From Vitrella brassicaformis CCMP3155 (Eukaryota > Protista > Chromerida): 64,000 nt of DNA. The notes under the pieces are model-generated. The model was not told the DNA's origin and did no database searches. It worked only from the letters and a program-made list of their open reading frames with translations. Made by a program: the position numbers and the translations under genes. Below, piece by piece: positions 36,527 to 48,875 of the stretch (within the stretch, counting starts at the first letter, position 1; every line of letters starts with the position of its first letter). The stretch lies in NCBI GenBank assembly GCA_001179505.1, contig CDMY01000272.1:76613-140612 (forward strand), read 5' to 3'.

Positions 36527-37142
36527 CTGACTGACTGACTGACTCCACGCACATCCGCCGCACTTCACGCTGAGTCCACCCACACATGCACCCATACGAA
36601 CACAGTACACCCCTGCACGAGTGTTCCGATGTTGGCGTTCCGTCGCTCTGCCACTGAAGTCATCTTTGTTTGCTGAGAAGGGAATGGGGGCAATACACTC
36701 AAGGGGGAAAAGGACTGTCTGTACTGGCTGCTGAAGGCCACAGGTGAAGTGGGCGCACACCAGGATTGTTGCCTTGCGTTCTACCCACGCAGAGCGCCCA
36801 AAAGGGCCTTGATCCATCCATCCATCGCTTTGCTTTACGGTGTCCCGGTTGTCTGGCTTGTCGACGAGGGCAATGTGCGTGAGACATGGGCGATTGCTAC
36901 GGGTGGATGGGGAAAGGCACTCGACTGCATGGGGAGGGTGGGACACTGAAGAATGAAGACTTTGCGTACCGGCAACACACGAATCGACGATAACAATTCA
37001 GTACTGCAGCACGCAAGCCAACAAAGTTTTCATGTCCACTGCATGACCACACAGAGACATGTCATGTACACACATACACCCAACGCCACTCGGCGTTCCA
37101 AACAACAACTTGAAGAAAAATTACCCAGTAGTCACCGTTGGT

Positions 37143-40100
37143 TCACCTCCCCCTCCCTCTCTCTGCCCCATACTTGGTCATCGGTGCCGCCATAGGAATA
37201 TGATGCGGCTGCTGCTGCATCATCACTGGCCCAGCAGAGGGCCCAGCACGACTTGCGAGGCTCTTGCGCGATCCGTTCCGTCTTATTCTTGCGTCTCGTC
37301 CGTCGTCCTGCATTATTGACGACCCGCTGGGGCTGGAGGGATGCGGAGGGAAGAAGCCGCAGCACGCTTTGGGATGCGCACTCTTGCCCCGCACCCCCAT
37401 CATTTGCTTGAGGGACGGCGTGTGTCTGAATGAGGGTGGGGGGGCCGGAGGCGGCGGTGTCTTGGCTGCCGTATGGTGAATATTAGGCATGGACACTCGA
37501 TGGCTGTTGGGCGGGGCGCTGACCTTGCCCAGCTGCAGGGGAGGGATTCGCCTGGCGCGGGACGAAGGCGGGACAGATGTGGATGGGAAATAAAGGGGGG
37601 GTACCATCGGGCCAGGAGGGGGAGACAGAGGTGACGGGTGATGTCCCGAGAAATAAGGCAGGGCGCTCTTCGGAGGGTGATGTCCGGGGGGTGGGTGATG
37701 GTACCGAGCAGACATCGGGCCGGGTTGCATTGGAGACACGGCATTCCGGACCGATTGCATGAGGTTGGGCGGGATCGGGATGGAACGCCACGTGTGGTGG
37801 GGGCTGCCATTAGGATAGCGCGCGGTCATCGGTGCGCTTCTGTCGACTGTCCTTCTGGGCGGCAGAGGTGCCCCGTCATTGACAAGGGGCGCCTGGTCGC
37901 TGTTGAAGGGCTGTGTGAGGTGGAGAGCATTGGGTGGCGGGGTGGGGTGGTGAAGGGCGGCGGCGAGGCCGAATGATGGGGGCCCCATTTGGGGGCAGAG
38001 GTTGACCACATTCGGCGGGCTGAAGGCTGATGACGTGCTGTCCTTGATCTCATCTTCGACAAACTGCCGGACCAGCCTGTGACGGAAGTGGTGCAGCGCT
38101 CGGTGTATCCACAGTTGGCGCTGAGAAAAGGACACGATGGCCACGTCAATCAATGGACACACCTCTCTCTGCCAATCGTTACCTGTCGAATGAGGGGCCC
38201 CCTCGGTGACGGCGGTGCCGACCGACAGTACGGCACGTACAAAGGCGCCTCTCCCAACCCACCGCGCTCTCGAGTGTCTCTTCGCTGGTCAACATGGCTG
38301 GCTGCCTTCGGGCCACTGGCGCGCGGCGAGATCGGCGCCGAGACAGGCGAGATGACTAGTTTGGGGATTCGGAGCGACCGAGGCCGTGCGGGCGGCTCTT
38401 GTCGAGGCGCTCGTGGTGGGCTGCTGGTGCATATGTTGATGCACGGAGAGGGTGATGACGGCCGTGGTTGGCGCTGACGGGTGGCGGGCTCGCCGCCGAT
38501 CTGCTCGATGCGCTGGGCGATGCCGGCGAGGAAAATCTCGCCATACTGGAGAGCCTGTAAGGGGGATTCGCACATGACACACTATGCACCATGTACCGTC
38601 TTGGTGGCCGGTTACCTGTCCGACGGCTGCGGTGGGTATCGGTTGTTGTGTGTCGGACTGTGCGGCGTGTTGGATGTGGTACTGCACTTGGTCATTGAGC
38701 TGGTTGAGACGCTCCTCGAAGCAGTGGCGGAACTCGGCCATCTTGCCGACAGCTTGCTTGAACTCAGACCTGGGCAGGGCAGGCAGGGCCATGGAAGGAG
38801 TTGAGCGGTGACGTGCTCCTGTGAACTATGTAGGTACGCACCTGAATCTTGCGAGCTGCTGCTCCTTTTCCATGTACAGCTGGTGGAGCCGTTCATTTCT
38901 CTGTCGGAGGTCCTCTGAAAGGCAAAGTGAAGTGCGCTATACATTTATTTCCGTGGACCGAAGCAAGCGAGCCTCTCTTTTGCTTACCGATGGTCTTTCT
39001 GACAGTGGGCGAAGACTCCATGACACTGCTTAGCGTCTGCGGGGACACACACAGACACGCCAGCCGCAGGGCCTTCCTTCATGCGTCAACCGGTAGTGCG
39101 TGCGCATTGCCTCACCATCGATGCCCCGTGTTGCAGTGCCGCAGGTGGAGCTCCTCCCTCCTCAGAAAGCTCCGTGATACGGCTCTCCAGCTCAGCAACC
39201 CGCTGGCGCAGCGCCATTACGAGTGGATGGTGGTCCAACATGGCGTAGTCACGCGGCGAGGCGCTCAGGGCCAGCGAGGAACGGCGCTCGGCGTCGGCAT
39301 TAGCAGCGGCAGCCACCGGACTCATCTCGTCCAAGTGCTGATGCCAAGAGAGATGGTCACGCAAGGATGCACGTCAGGCAGTCATCTAGATTATCAAGGC
39401 AAGTACACATACCTGAGTGAATTGGCGGATGTTGGCTGTGGCGGTGTTGAGTCGTCTGAGAAATTTGCCCTCTTTGGAGTTGGCGTCGAATGTGACCATG
39501 TGTCTCATTCGGATCCTCTTGGTGCCGCCGGTGGTGCCGTCCTCTGGGGCCTCGTCCTCGCCCCCCTCCACAACCTCAGGCACCTCAACGATCTCACCAC
39601 CGATCTCCATCGAACCTGGGCGGGGTTTGCAGACAAACGGAACGAGCACAGACACCGATTGATTGACTGGTCGGTTGGTTGGTTGGTTGGTTGGTTGGTT
39701 TTACTTCTGAGTTCGAGGTCTTCTTCCTCTTCGTCTTCGTCGATGGCAGCGATGGCGCTGAAGTTGTGCTGGGACGCCAATGCGCTCAGAATGGCGCTGG
39801 GGCTCGCTACCCTGCATCCATCAAAGGGGGTGCGGTTTACTCGTCTTCCTTTGTGTCAGTCACTCCTTGCCGAGAGCTTACGATTGGGCGAGAGGCGTAT
39901 CTCCCGGCCCAACACCCATTTCCGTCGTCTCAATGCCGCCCCTCTGCTGCTTCAGCTTCTCAGTCAGCAGGGCATTTGCCACAGCCTGTTCGGCAGAGTG
40001 TGTCTCCAGCGTCATCAAGCGGATCTGGAGGCGCTTGAACTCGCCGAGGAGGTTCTGGCTCTGCGTGCGCATCTGGTTCACAAAAGCCAAAGCTTTGACC

Positions 40101-43100
40101 CTTTGGTTCTCGAGGTCGCGGCGGTCCTCCTCGGTCTTCTTGACGCAGTCGAAGTACTTGTCCCGGATCTCATTGACGTCGTTCTCCAGTTTCTCGATCT
40201 GCGCGTCCTTTGCAGCGATGGTCTTGGCCGTCTCACTGGCCGATGCCTCCAGCTGAAACATATATGGCGAAGGAAGAATTGTCACTCAGGAAAAGAATGC
40301 AGTGCGTCTTCGACCTGCAAGAGGCGTGAACTGAGTTCCTCCGCCTTCACCTCGAGCTCGCCGCTGCACAGTCAACAGACAGGTCAAGTAAGGTGCCTTG
40401 TCAGGGTTTCTCCGGCCCGTCAGCTCACTTGTATCTGTCGGCATTGGTCGCAAAGGCCTGCAGCTGCCTGAGCTGGTTCCGCAGGTCCAGCACTGCCTTC
40501 TTGTTCGAGAGGTCCTCCGGTATCACCACAACAGGCATGTCGCCCTTCCGCCCCGTCATGCTGCTCTTTGCCCCCCTCCCGCCGGGTGCCGGAGACACAG
40601 AGATCGATGGCGTCTTGCCTTTGGCCGCTGCCGCCCTGGCCTTGGCCTTGGCGGGGACGCTCTTGCCCCTGCCAGCTGCTGTTGAGGGGGGAGGGGGTGT
40701 GAGAGAAAGGCGGGGCGCCTCTTCCTCCTCTGACTCTTCCAGGTCTTCATGGGGCATCTCGATCAGTTTGGGGGTGGAGGGGATACGCCCGAACGCCGAC
40801 TGACGACGGGGACCCTAAACAAACGCACAAACAGGTCCACGCACAATGTCCTCTGCCGGCGCCCTGCTGTCTTACAGCGTCTTTTCGGTAGCTGGTTGCA
40901 GCTGCCGTGTCGATAGATGCGCGTCGCCGCGCGGCCCTTTCCTCCTCCAGCTGTGCGATGGCCAGCTCTGATGCCAGAGACCCCGCTTCTATGTTGGAGC
41001 TGCGACCGCTGCCGCCTCGCGTCTTCTGCAAATTGCCGACCAACTCCTGCACGAAGAGGGGGGAGATGAAGGGTCATGAATGCACATCTGCCGAGTCCCG
41101 TCATGCTTCCCATCGTACGTACCTCTTTCTCTTTGAGCTGCTCCTGGACGGATTTTAGCGTGGCTGGCAAAACACACGCATAGAAACAGGATGGATGGCA
41201 CATGCCCCCGTTGTCGGTGCGCACCTTTCAGCGCTTCGCATTGTCCCTTCCAGCGGTCCACCTCACTCATCAAAAAGCTCTTCTGAATCACGAAACTGAA
41301 TACACACACACACACACACGCACACACACCAGGCAGACAAGAGACACATAGGTGCGGTAGTGCACCTGATGTGTTCTCACTTACTCGCTTTTGAGGTTGT
41401 CGATCTTGGCGCCCATCTCCCTCTCCCTACAGTGCAGGCAGGCGCACCCTTCCATGGAACCTCCAACTTGTGTGTATTGTATGTCTCTCCTACTTGGCCT
41501 CGAGCAGCAGCCGCTGTCCTCTGAACCACTGCTGTTGGCGGAGCTCCTCGTGCTCCTTGGATGCCGACTCCTGCGCCTTGGCCTCGCTCTCTTGCACTGC
41601 ATGCGTCGTGGATGTCGGATTGGTTTGTGGGAGCCAGCAACCAACACCCATTCAGGCGATTGAACAGTGTGCGGTGTTGCGACTGACTGACCTTTGTCCT
41701 GGAGTTTTGTGATTTGTGTCTGTAGCTCGAGGAGTTCCTTCTCGACGTTTTCGTAGTTCCGACGGAGCCTCTTTGTCTCCTCCTGCCACACACAGAGACA
41801 TCCATCCACGGCCAGTCAATCCACAAGCGAATCGATCACACGCACCTCCGATGTCTTGAGTTTGGCCTCTACGAGAGCGATGTCTCTGTCTCGGTCGAAC
41901 AGCTGCTTCTCGAGCTTGAACTTGTCCGACCGGTCCTTACGGTAGGTGAGGATCTCCTGCTGCAGATCCTCTATCTTGAGCTGAGCATCGTCCAGACTTT
42001 GCACCAGCTCCTCTACCATCTGCTCCTTCTGCTTCTCGCGAATGCCCGACGGCCGCCGCTGACCACTCGACGTGCCGCTCCACCCGATGCTGCCTGGCCC
42101 CGCACCTCCACCCCCCGCCATGGCGGCCATCAAAGGGCCCGGTTTGGTCGGCAGCTGTGTGCTCATGACCGCGATGGATGCTCGACGGTTGCGGCTGGCA
42201 GCTGCAGCTGGGACGGCCAGACCACCGCCGCCTCGTGAAGGGGCAGGGAAGACTGACAGGGATAAGAAAGAGGGCACATAGCTGAGGGTGCTGCTTGTAT
42301 CGTGATGTGTTGCCTTTGCGTACCCGGTAGTGGTTCGGGTCCTCCCGAGGTGGAGAGGACGGACGACCTTCGCGAGTCGTATGACGACCCGCTGCCCTGA
42401 GGCAAAACGGAGGGGTGCTCGCCCTCTACCTCCTCTACATGCTGAGCTAGCCTGCACACACCAACGAGAGACACACACATGTCATGTCAGGATGGAGTGG
42501 ATGGATGGATGGATGGCGTGTGGAAGACATTCATTGGGTGGGGAGACACGGCTTGTCTCGGGTGGGGAGACATTCATTCGCCCTGACCTGGCAATTTCTA
42601 CTTCCTTTCGCTCCATCTGTTTGGACATCTTCTTGATAGTGACTTGCTGCTTCCACAACTTAGCATACGGCAAAGCCACCTTGTCAGCCGGCACGCTGCC
42701 GCGCTTCGCCGCCGGCCCCACTGTGCTGGGGCGAACGTCTCTCTTGGCCACACCCTCCGCCGTCTTCGGGCTTACTGACACCGACTTGGCAGCTGGCCGT
42801 CTCCCCTCCCCACCTCTGCTCCCCAGCCGAATGATTGGTCGAGGCCCCGTGCCAAGAGGGCTTGGCGAGGTCTTCCTGCCAGTGGGAGAGGGGGGTGACT
42901 GCAGGCTGCCCTCTTGTCGCTGGCTCAGGCTGAGACGTGGCGCGTTGGCATGAAACGTGTCAGGTGCCGGGGGAGTGGCGGCCTCTCTGTCGGTGGAACC
43001 GCGGGCGTTGGTGCCCTGACTCAGCTGGCTCGAGTGCCTGTGGAAAAAGAGAGAGGACTCACGTGCTTCTTCTGCATGTCGGCTATGTGACGGATGCATG

Positions 43101-43955
43101 AGTGACTCTCACATTGATGGCTGAGACATCTGCGACGCCTGTGAGGCCGTGCGATAGAGGTTGGCCGCACCCGCGTCGTCCGACCCCGCCGACCCTCGCC
43201 CCTTGGCTTTCGCCCGGGCCTTCTTTCTCTCGCCCTCCAGGCCCGCCAGGATTGGTGACGGCCCGGCCTGCGAGTGGGTCGGCGACCCAGCTGCAGACGA
43301 GGACGTCAGCTTCAGCACGGGAGCTGACCACAACAACAAGGGAATCCACACCAAGCACACCTTCTGACGGTTCTCTCTCCTCCCACCTGGTGTAGGACTT
43401 TCCGGTATCTGTGCGAGGGACGACCTGAATCCATGGGAGGTCGGCAGAGGTGAGGGAGCTGGGGAAGTGTCGGCATCGAAGTGAAGGGGGCTGGGGCGGC
43501 CTCGAGTGGGGTTGGGCGGCGTCTGGCCGCTCGGGACAGGCTTCGGGCTCGCCGACGCACTTTTGCTACCTGACGGATGGACAGAAAGGATGGATGAAAG
43601 CCACCGATTGATTCATCATGGCAGTGAGTGTCTCGCTCACCTGGCTCCCGCAAAGTCTGCGACTTGGCGAGACCCTCTACCTCCTCAGGCTGGCTGAACA
43701 TCACACTGTCCCTCCCTCCGCTCCCCGACGAGCCTGCACTGCCACTCCTGCTTCCCGCCGCCCGGCCCCGTGAAGTCGGCCTCCCAGCCTGCGATCCATG
43801 AACATCGTGTCAACTGACCACGCATGGCTCTGCATCGTGCGGCTGGTGCCTACCTTTGCTGGGCTGCTCGACGCGAGTGCAGAGGGTGTCTTGGGGAGTG
43901 CCGGGGAGGCATCCTCCTTCTGAGAGGACTCTGATACGGTGGGGATGCGCTTCAT
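37143..43955 (-). CDS. Large coiled-coil and low-complexity protein of unknown function; multi-exon
   Basis: Series of GT-AG exons with heptad-rich sequence (e.g. QIEKLENDVNEIRDKY, LDDAQLKIEDLQQEIL, LRQRVAELESRITEL) flanked by S/P-rich regions. ATG at 43955 (MKRIPTV) has an in-frame stop upstream. It could be more than one gene. Confidence 0.65.
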
Positions 43956-44191
43956 CGTCACAATTCAGGGCTCTGCAAGGTAGAGGGAGGTGAAACGCGA
44001 CAACGACTCTGACATGTGTGCATGAGCTTGCAGCTCGCAGCCCCCAAGCCCCCACCCTTTCTCCCCCCGGTTGCGGTCCTTCCTCCAGCTCTGACTCTCA
44101 TGGAGTCGCTGCAATTTAGGTTTGTCGGACGGAGCTGGCTTTGAAGTCATGAGAGTCCTTTGACGCTGAGTGAGGCCGTCTTGCCGGCCAC

Positions 44192-46203
44192 ATGAGCAGC
44201 TTGCCGCCGCCCTATGAGGCAGACGATGTCCCTCTCCGGCCCAAGGGAGCCAGTCCGCCTCCGCCTCCGCCTCCGCCTCCGCTCTGCGACTACCCCCTGC
44301 CTGTGGATGGGAGCGATGCGTCACTGTCGGACACCTACGACCTTCAGCACACGCACAGCGATGCGTTCGTGGCCTCTTCCATGCTTCCGAGTGGCATCCT
44401 TTGGGCGCGCAGCATGGACGACCATCCCGAGCATCCCGAGCACTCTGTGACAGACCACCCGGAGCCGCCGCCACTCTATCGAGAGCCGACGCATTATGGC
44501 TCGTCCTATCAGCCTCACACACGTCGAATGATTGCGCCCCCTCCCGCTCCGCCGCAGTCAGCGCCCGAGAGTGCGTCCAGGCTGGTGACCGACCTCTACC
44601 GAGATGACAGCACCACAGGAACTGAGTACATGGGGCGTACGAGCTCGGGCACCAGCACCACACTTGCTCTCCCTCCTCTCATGCACGCACCGACGGCCTC
44701 AACCTTGACCTCGTCGCAGTCGCCGTGTGAGAGAGGAAGGGGGCCTCTGCCTCAGTTGCCCACAGCTGGGCACACTGGGGAAGGCAAGCCGCGGGGCTAT
44801 GACGGTCGGCTGGTCGCGGAGGCGAGCCCACTGCTACCACCGCCTTATCGTGAACCTCCAGTGGGGCCGCTGAGTGGTGGCCTGGATGACAGCGGTGATC
44901 CATATCTTGACCCGAGGCAGCAGGCTGCGACCTTGAGGCACAGCGACCCTCATCTCAGCCATCACCACCCATCAGCCCCGCCCCATCCGTTCATCCTCCC
45001 GCCCCCTTCGCGCCCCATGACTCACTCCGATGACCGGCACTCGAGTGTGACGACGCTGAGGGAGCCGCCGGCGCACCATCATGCTCGTTCCGGCCCCCCA
45101 CCCATTCCACCCGCTTATGCGCCACCCATGCACGGCGCCTTTGGCAGTGGATTGCTGCCCATGCCGGCTCCACTGAGTGCGGGACATCCGTCGGCTGGGC
45201 TCTATCACTACGGCGGCGACGGGAGGGGTCGGGGGTATGGCTACCGGGGGCGAGGGCGGCAGGAGAAGAGGGGCAGGGGAGTCAGGAGTGGTGCGAGGGA
45301 GCCCAGGGACCCCAACCGTAAGCAAAGCACCCGACATCAACAGACGGGGCGCACACAAATTCCCTTGAATGTACCTACCTATGTCATGTGATGTGTGTGG
45401 TGCACGTCAGGTCCTCGGTGGGATGTCATTCGTCGGAGTATCCGCGACCTGCTGGAGAGCAATGTGGAGGAGGAGTCCGGCATACTCCTCTCGCAGCTCA
45501 AGCCACTGATCAGTAAGCACCCACCCACTCACTCACTAAGTCACTCACAAAGCCGTTGCCGTCGCATTCCTTACCGCCTCCTTCCTCAATCAGCACCACT
45601 TGTTTGTCATGTCTTCTTCTCATGTCAGAGGTGCAGGTGGACCCCTCCTTTCACGAACGACACTATGGCTTCGTCAAGTTCTCCGCCCTCCTGAGAGAGA
45701 TGGAGGAGCTGGGCGACCTCGAGTTCGCTTCCGAGCCACCGCAGGACATCTCAGCAGATACTGACCAGTCAAGCTCTCAGCAGCAGGTGACGGATCTGCG
45801 TGTGCGGCCCGCTCGTTTCAAGGTCAACGTCAAGGCGGCGTCGGAGCACTCTCTGCAGCCAAGTGATCGGCACACAGAGAGCGGCGTCGCCTCGGCTGGG
45901 AGCCTGCAGAGCCCTCTGCCGAGCCCATTGCCTGCTGAGGACGTCCTGGCTGAGGAGCGGGAGGTATACATTCAGTACATGCAGCAGATTGCGCGGTCGA
46001 TACCCCCGCCGCACCCACGGACACCGCCACGGGTACGCGGACATGACGGAGCAATGAGCGCACCGACACCCACCCATGTTTCCCCTAAATTGTGTCTGTG
46101 TGTTCAGCCACCGGCCGGCCCCTCTGCTGCCTCTTCTAGCCGCGACGAGGGCCAGGGACTGCAATCGCGGCAAGGCGTACATCATAAGGCTACTGCATTG
46201 TAG
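44192..46203 (+). CDS. OST-HTH/LOTUS domain protein with long Pro-rich N-terminus
   Basis: IRDLLE...GILLSQLKPLI|..VDPSFHERHYGFVKFSALLREM matches the LOTUS pattern (LSQL...F.ER.YGF.KFS.LL). An RG-rich segment lies just upstream. Confidence 0.8.
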
Positions 46204-47843
46204 GGGGGGTAGGGGGGGAGGGATGGGTGTTGGGAGGAATGGGGATCATTTTGACTTGACGACAGGGCGTGCAGATATCACGCCTTCGTGTCGGCTAGCT
46301 CCCTCCTGTTTCTCAGCCATCTTGCTCGGCACCAGCGACAGACCGGCCGACAGACCGATGTTCCGGTGTTCTGTCGAGCTGTCGTCGCTGGCCAGCAAGT
46401 AGCTCATGCCTCCTGCCCATGTGTCGATGGATGGATGGATGCCCACTTTCTCATACGCTGTTTGTCGCCTGCCTGCCTGCCTGCCTGCCTGCCGGTGTGC
46501 CTGATCAATTTGACTGACTGACTGACTGACTTACTGCAGTGAGTGTCAGGTCAGCCCACTTCTCGGGCTGCACCTGCGTCTTCTCTTAGGAAGAAATGGG
46601 TGGGGTGGGGTGTATGGCTGCCTTGCATTGCTCTACGTGTACCTGGATGGATGGATGGAGCACAGCATCGGTTTGTGGCTTGTCTGTCTGTTTGCTGACT
46701 TGGCGTCTGGCGCCGACGCAGCACATCCCAAATTACACGGATTGGTACTGGGGGGCGTGAGCCAGACAGCCCAGTGAGCCAGACAGACATCCGTGCCGGC
46801 AGAGCTGTCTCCATCCCATCCAACACTTGGCTTATTTTTGTGTATCTGCCTGTCTGTCTGTCTGTCTGTCGTGCTGAGGTAGGGATCGGTTGACGCTCAT
46901 AACCAACCATACAGGGCATTAGCCCAGGCAGTGTGCGGTCTGGTGCAACTATGCAAGACGGGCCGGGGAGGACCACCAGCCCTTTTCTTGACTGATGACT
47001 TTGCTAAGGAAGTTGACTGAGGTGGTCGCAGTGGGAGGGAGGGAGGGGAGGCAGAGGAGTCTGGGGGCCTGTGTGCTATTGGGGCAAGGGAGGAGAGAAT
47101 TCGGCTTGTCTGGGACGTTGGGGGGAGCACTGATTTTGACACGGGCCACACAAACACGGACACGGAGACAGAGAGCCACAGCTTTTTCATTCTCACTGAG
47201 AGGGGGAGGAGGAGAGGGCGAGAACTGGGTGAGCTAGGGGTGTGTGTGTGTGGGAAGGGGGCATGACTGATATGGGTGCTGGAGTGCGTCCGGGTTTCTG
47301 CTGCTGCACAGCACCGTCAATCGGCTGACGGACCGACCGACTGACTGGGAGAGAGGATGTGCAAAGACGGGCTCTCAGCTTGACTAGTAACTTGCCTGCC
47401 TGCCTGCCTGACTGCTGGATAGATAGATGTGCAAAGACATCCTGAGTGATGGACACACGTGTGTGTGTGTGCGTGTGTGTGCATGTGTATGTGACATGAA
47501 TGAGGACTCAGAGGCTCGTCAGTCAGCGAGTCGGGAACACACTGTGGGCGGGGCGATGGGATCGTGCAGTCATCGATCCGTCCGTCCACCAAACATACCA
47601 TTGCACGCCTTCCTTCCTTCGTCCATCGACACGATACATGATCACTGAGTGAATGAATGAGATAAGTAGAAAGAAGAAAGGGCACTCGTGCGGGCACACA
47701 CACACATGCGCAGCAAAAAGACCACCGCCGTGCATTTAGTGCATTTAGTCGGCCGCTCATCGTCTACTATGTACAGGACACACACCACACACACCACTCC
47801 GCCGCACCGCGCCACTCACGCGTGTGTCTAAGTGTGTTGTGCC

Positions 47844-48580
47844 TCAGATCTGCATGGCGTATATGGTGACGATGCAGTCCATCGTGTCGTTGCCAACCTG
47901 CATGCAGCACAAACCTGACACACACACACACACACAATCCGCCACGCGCACAAGTCAGGAGCCGTCAATCTGGCTGACCGTCAGTCTTGGTGTCCCAGAA
48001 CGCGGTCGCCGCCGTATGCAGCGGGGCGCCGTTCTTTTGCATGATGATGCACGTCACTGCATGGCACGAGCAGAACAGACGAGAGAGGCGGTACGGTCAC
48101 AACCGTGCCTTCCTTCTCACTCGTGTGCTTCTCTCTGCGTGTGTGGATGTCTACCGCAGTATTTGAACGGCTTGTCGAGTTTCGATAGCTCCTTGAGGCA
48201 GCTGTCGATGATCTGCTGGCACCACTGGTTGACCTTCTCACGCGTGTACGTCACGTTGGTCAACGTCGAGTTGATGGCCTGAATGAATGAAAGTCACACA
48301 CCACGCCGGGCACTCACTCAAGCGTGTGCGGCTGCCCTCGTGCTTTGCAGCCTAGCCTCTCTGTGCTCTTTCTGCCCACGTGTTTGGCGATTTCCTGCAC
48401 CTGCTCCGTCACAAACTCATTCTGAGTCAAGCAAATCACATGCAGCAACACAACGAACAGGGACACATTCCATCAACTCGCAAGAAGGAAGCTGCTTCTC
48501 GCAAATTGTGCGCTCAGGCTGCTCAAGTGAGGATGCCCGGCTGCCTGCCCAGCCCCTCTGACCTCTCCCTCGTCGTCCAT
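47844..48580 (-). CDS. DYNLT1: Dynein light chain Tctex-1
   Basis: Five exons give MDDEGE|[14 protein letters not shown]|[41 protein letters not shown]|[27 protein letters not shown]|[22 protein letters not shown]. Confidence 0.95.
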
Positions 48581-48875
48581 CGCCGCAACAGCCACTCACA
48601 ACCGACACGAGACCGCGATCGAACCTGACGCTTCCTCTATGCTCCAAGGCACCTCAGGCACCTTCACAAGCCCCTCAGAAGTCCCCAAAGGTCCAGGGAA
48701 GTGTTAAGGACTGCGAGCTTCGAAACGATCGCCGGCATTTCTGCGAAGGGGGGGAAAGCGGGAAGCGTGTGGCGTAGAGGGAGGCGTCGTGGGTTGGTTT
48801 GTGTGTGAATTGCCGTTGTACCAAGTTTCAAGTTCCCGCCATTGCATCGAGACAAGGGTGTAGACTCGGGGTGCG

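Noticed and set aside
38849-40471. 540-aa plus-strand ORF
   Set aside because: It is antisense to coiled-coil exons, runs through their introns, and has no motifs.
43965-44150. Upstream ATG (MTSKPAP) that would put two genes 41 nt apart
   Set aside because: Its splice phase does not join the downstream coding frame, which has a stop just before ATG 43955. It is at most a uORF.
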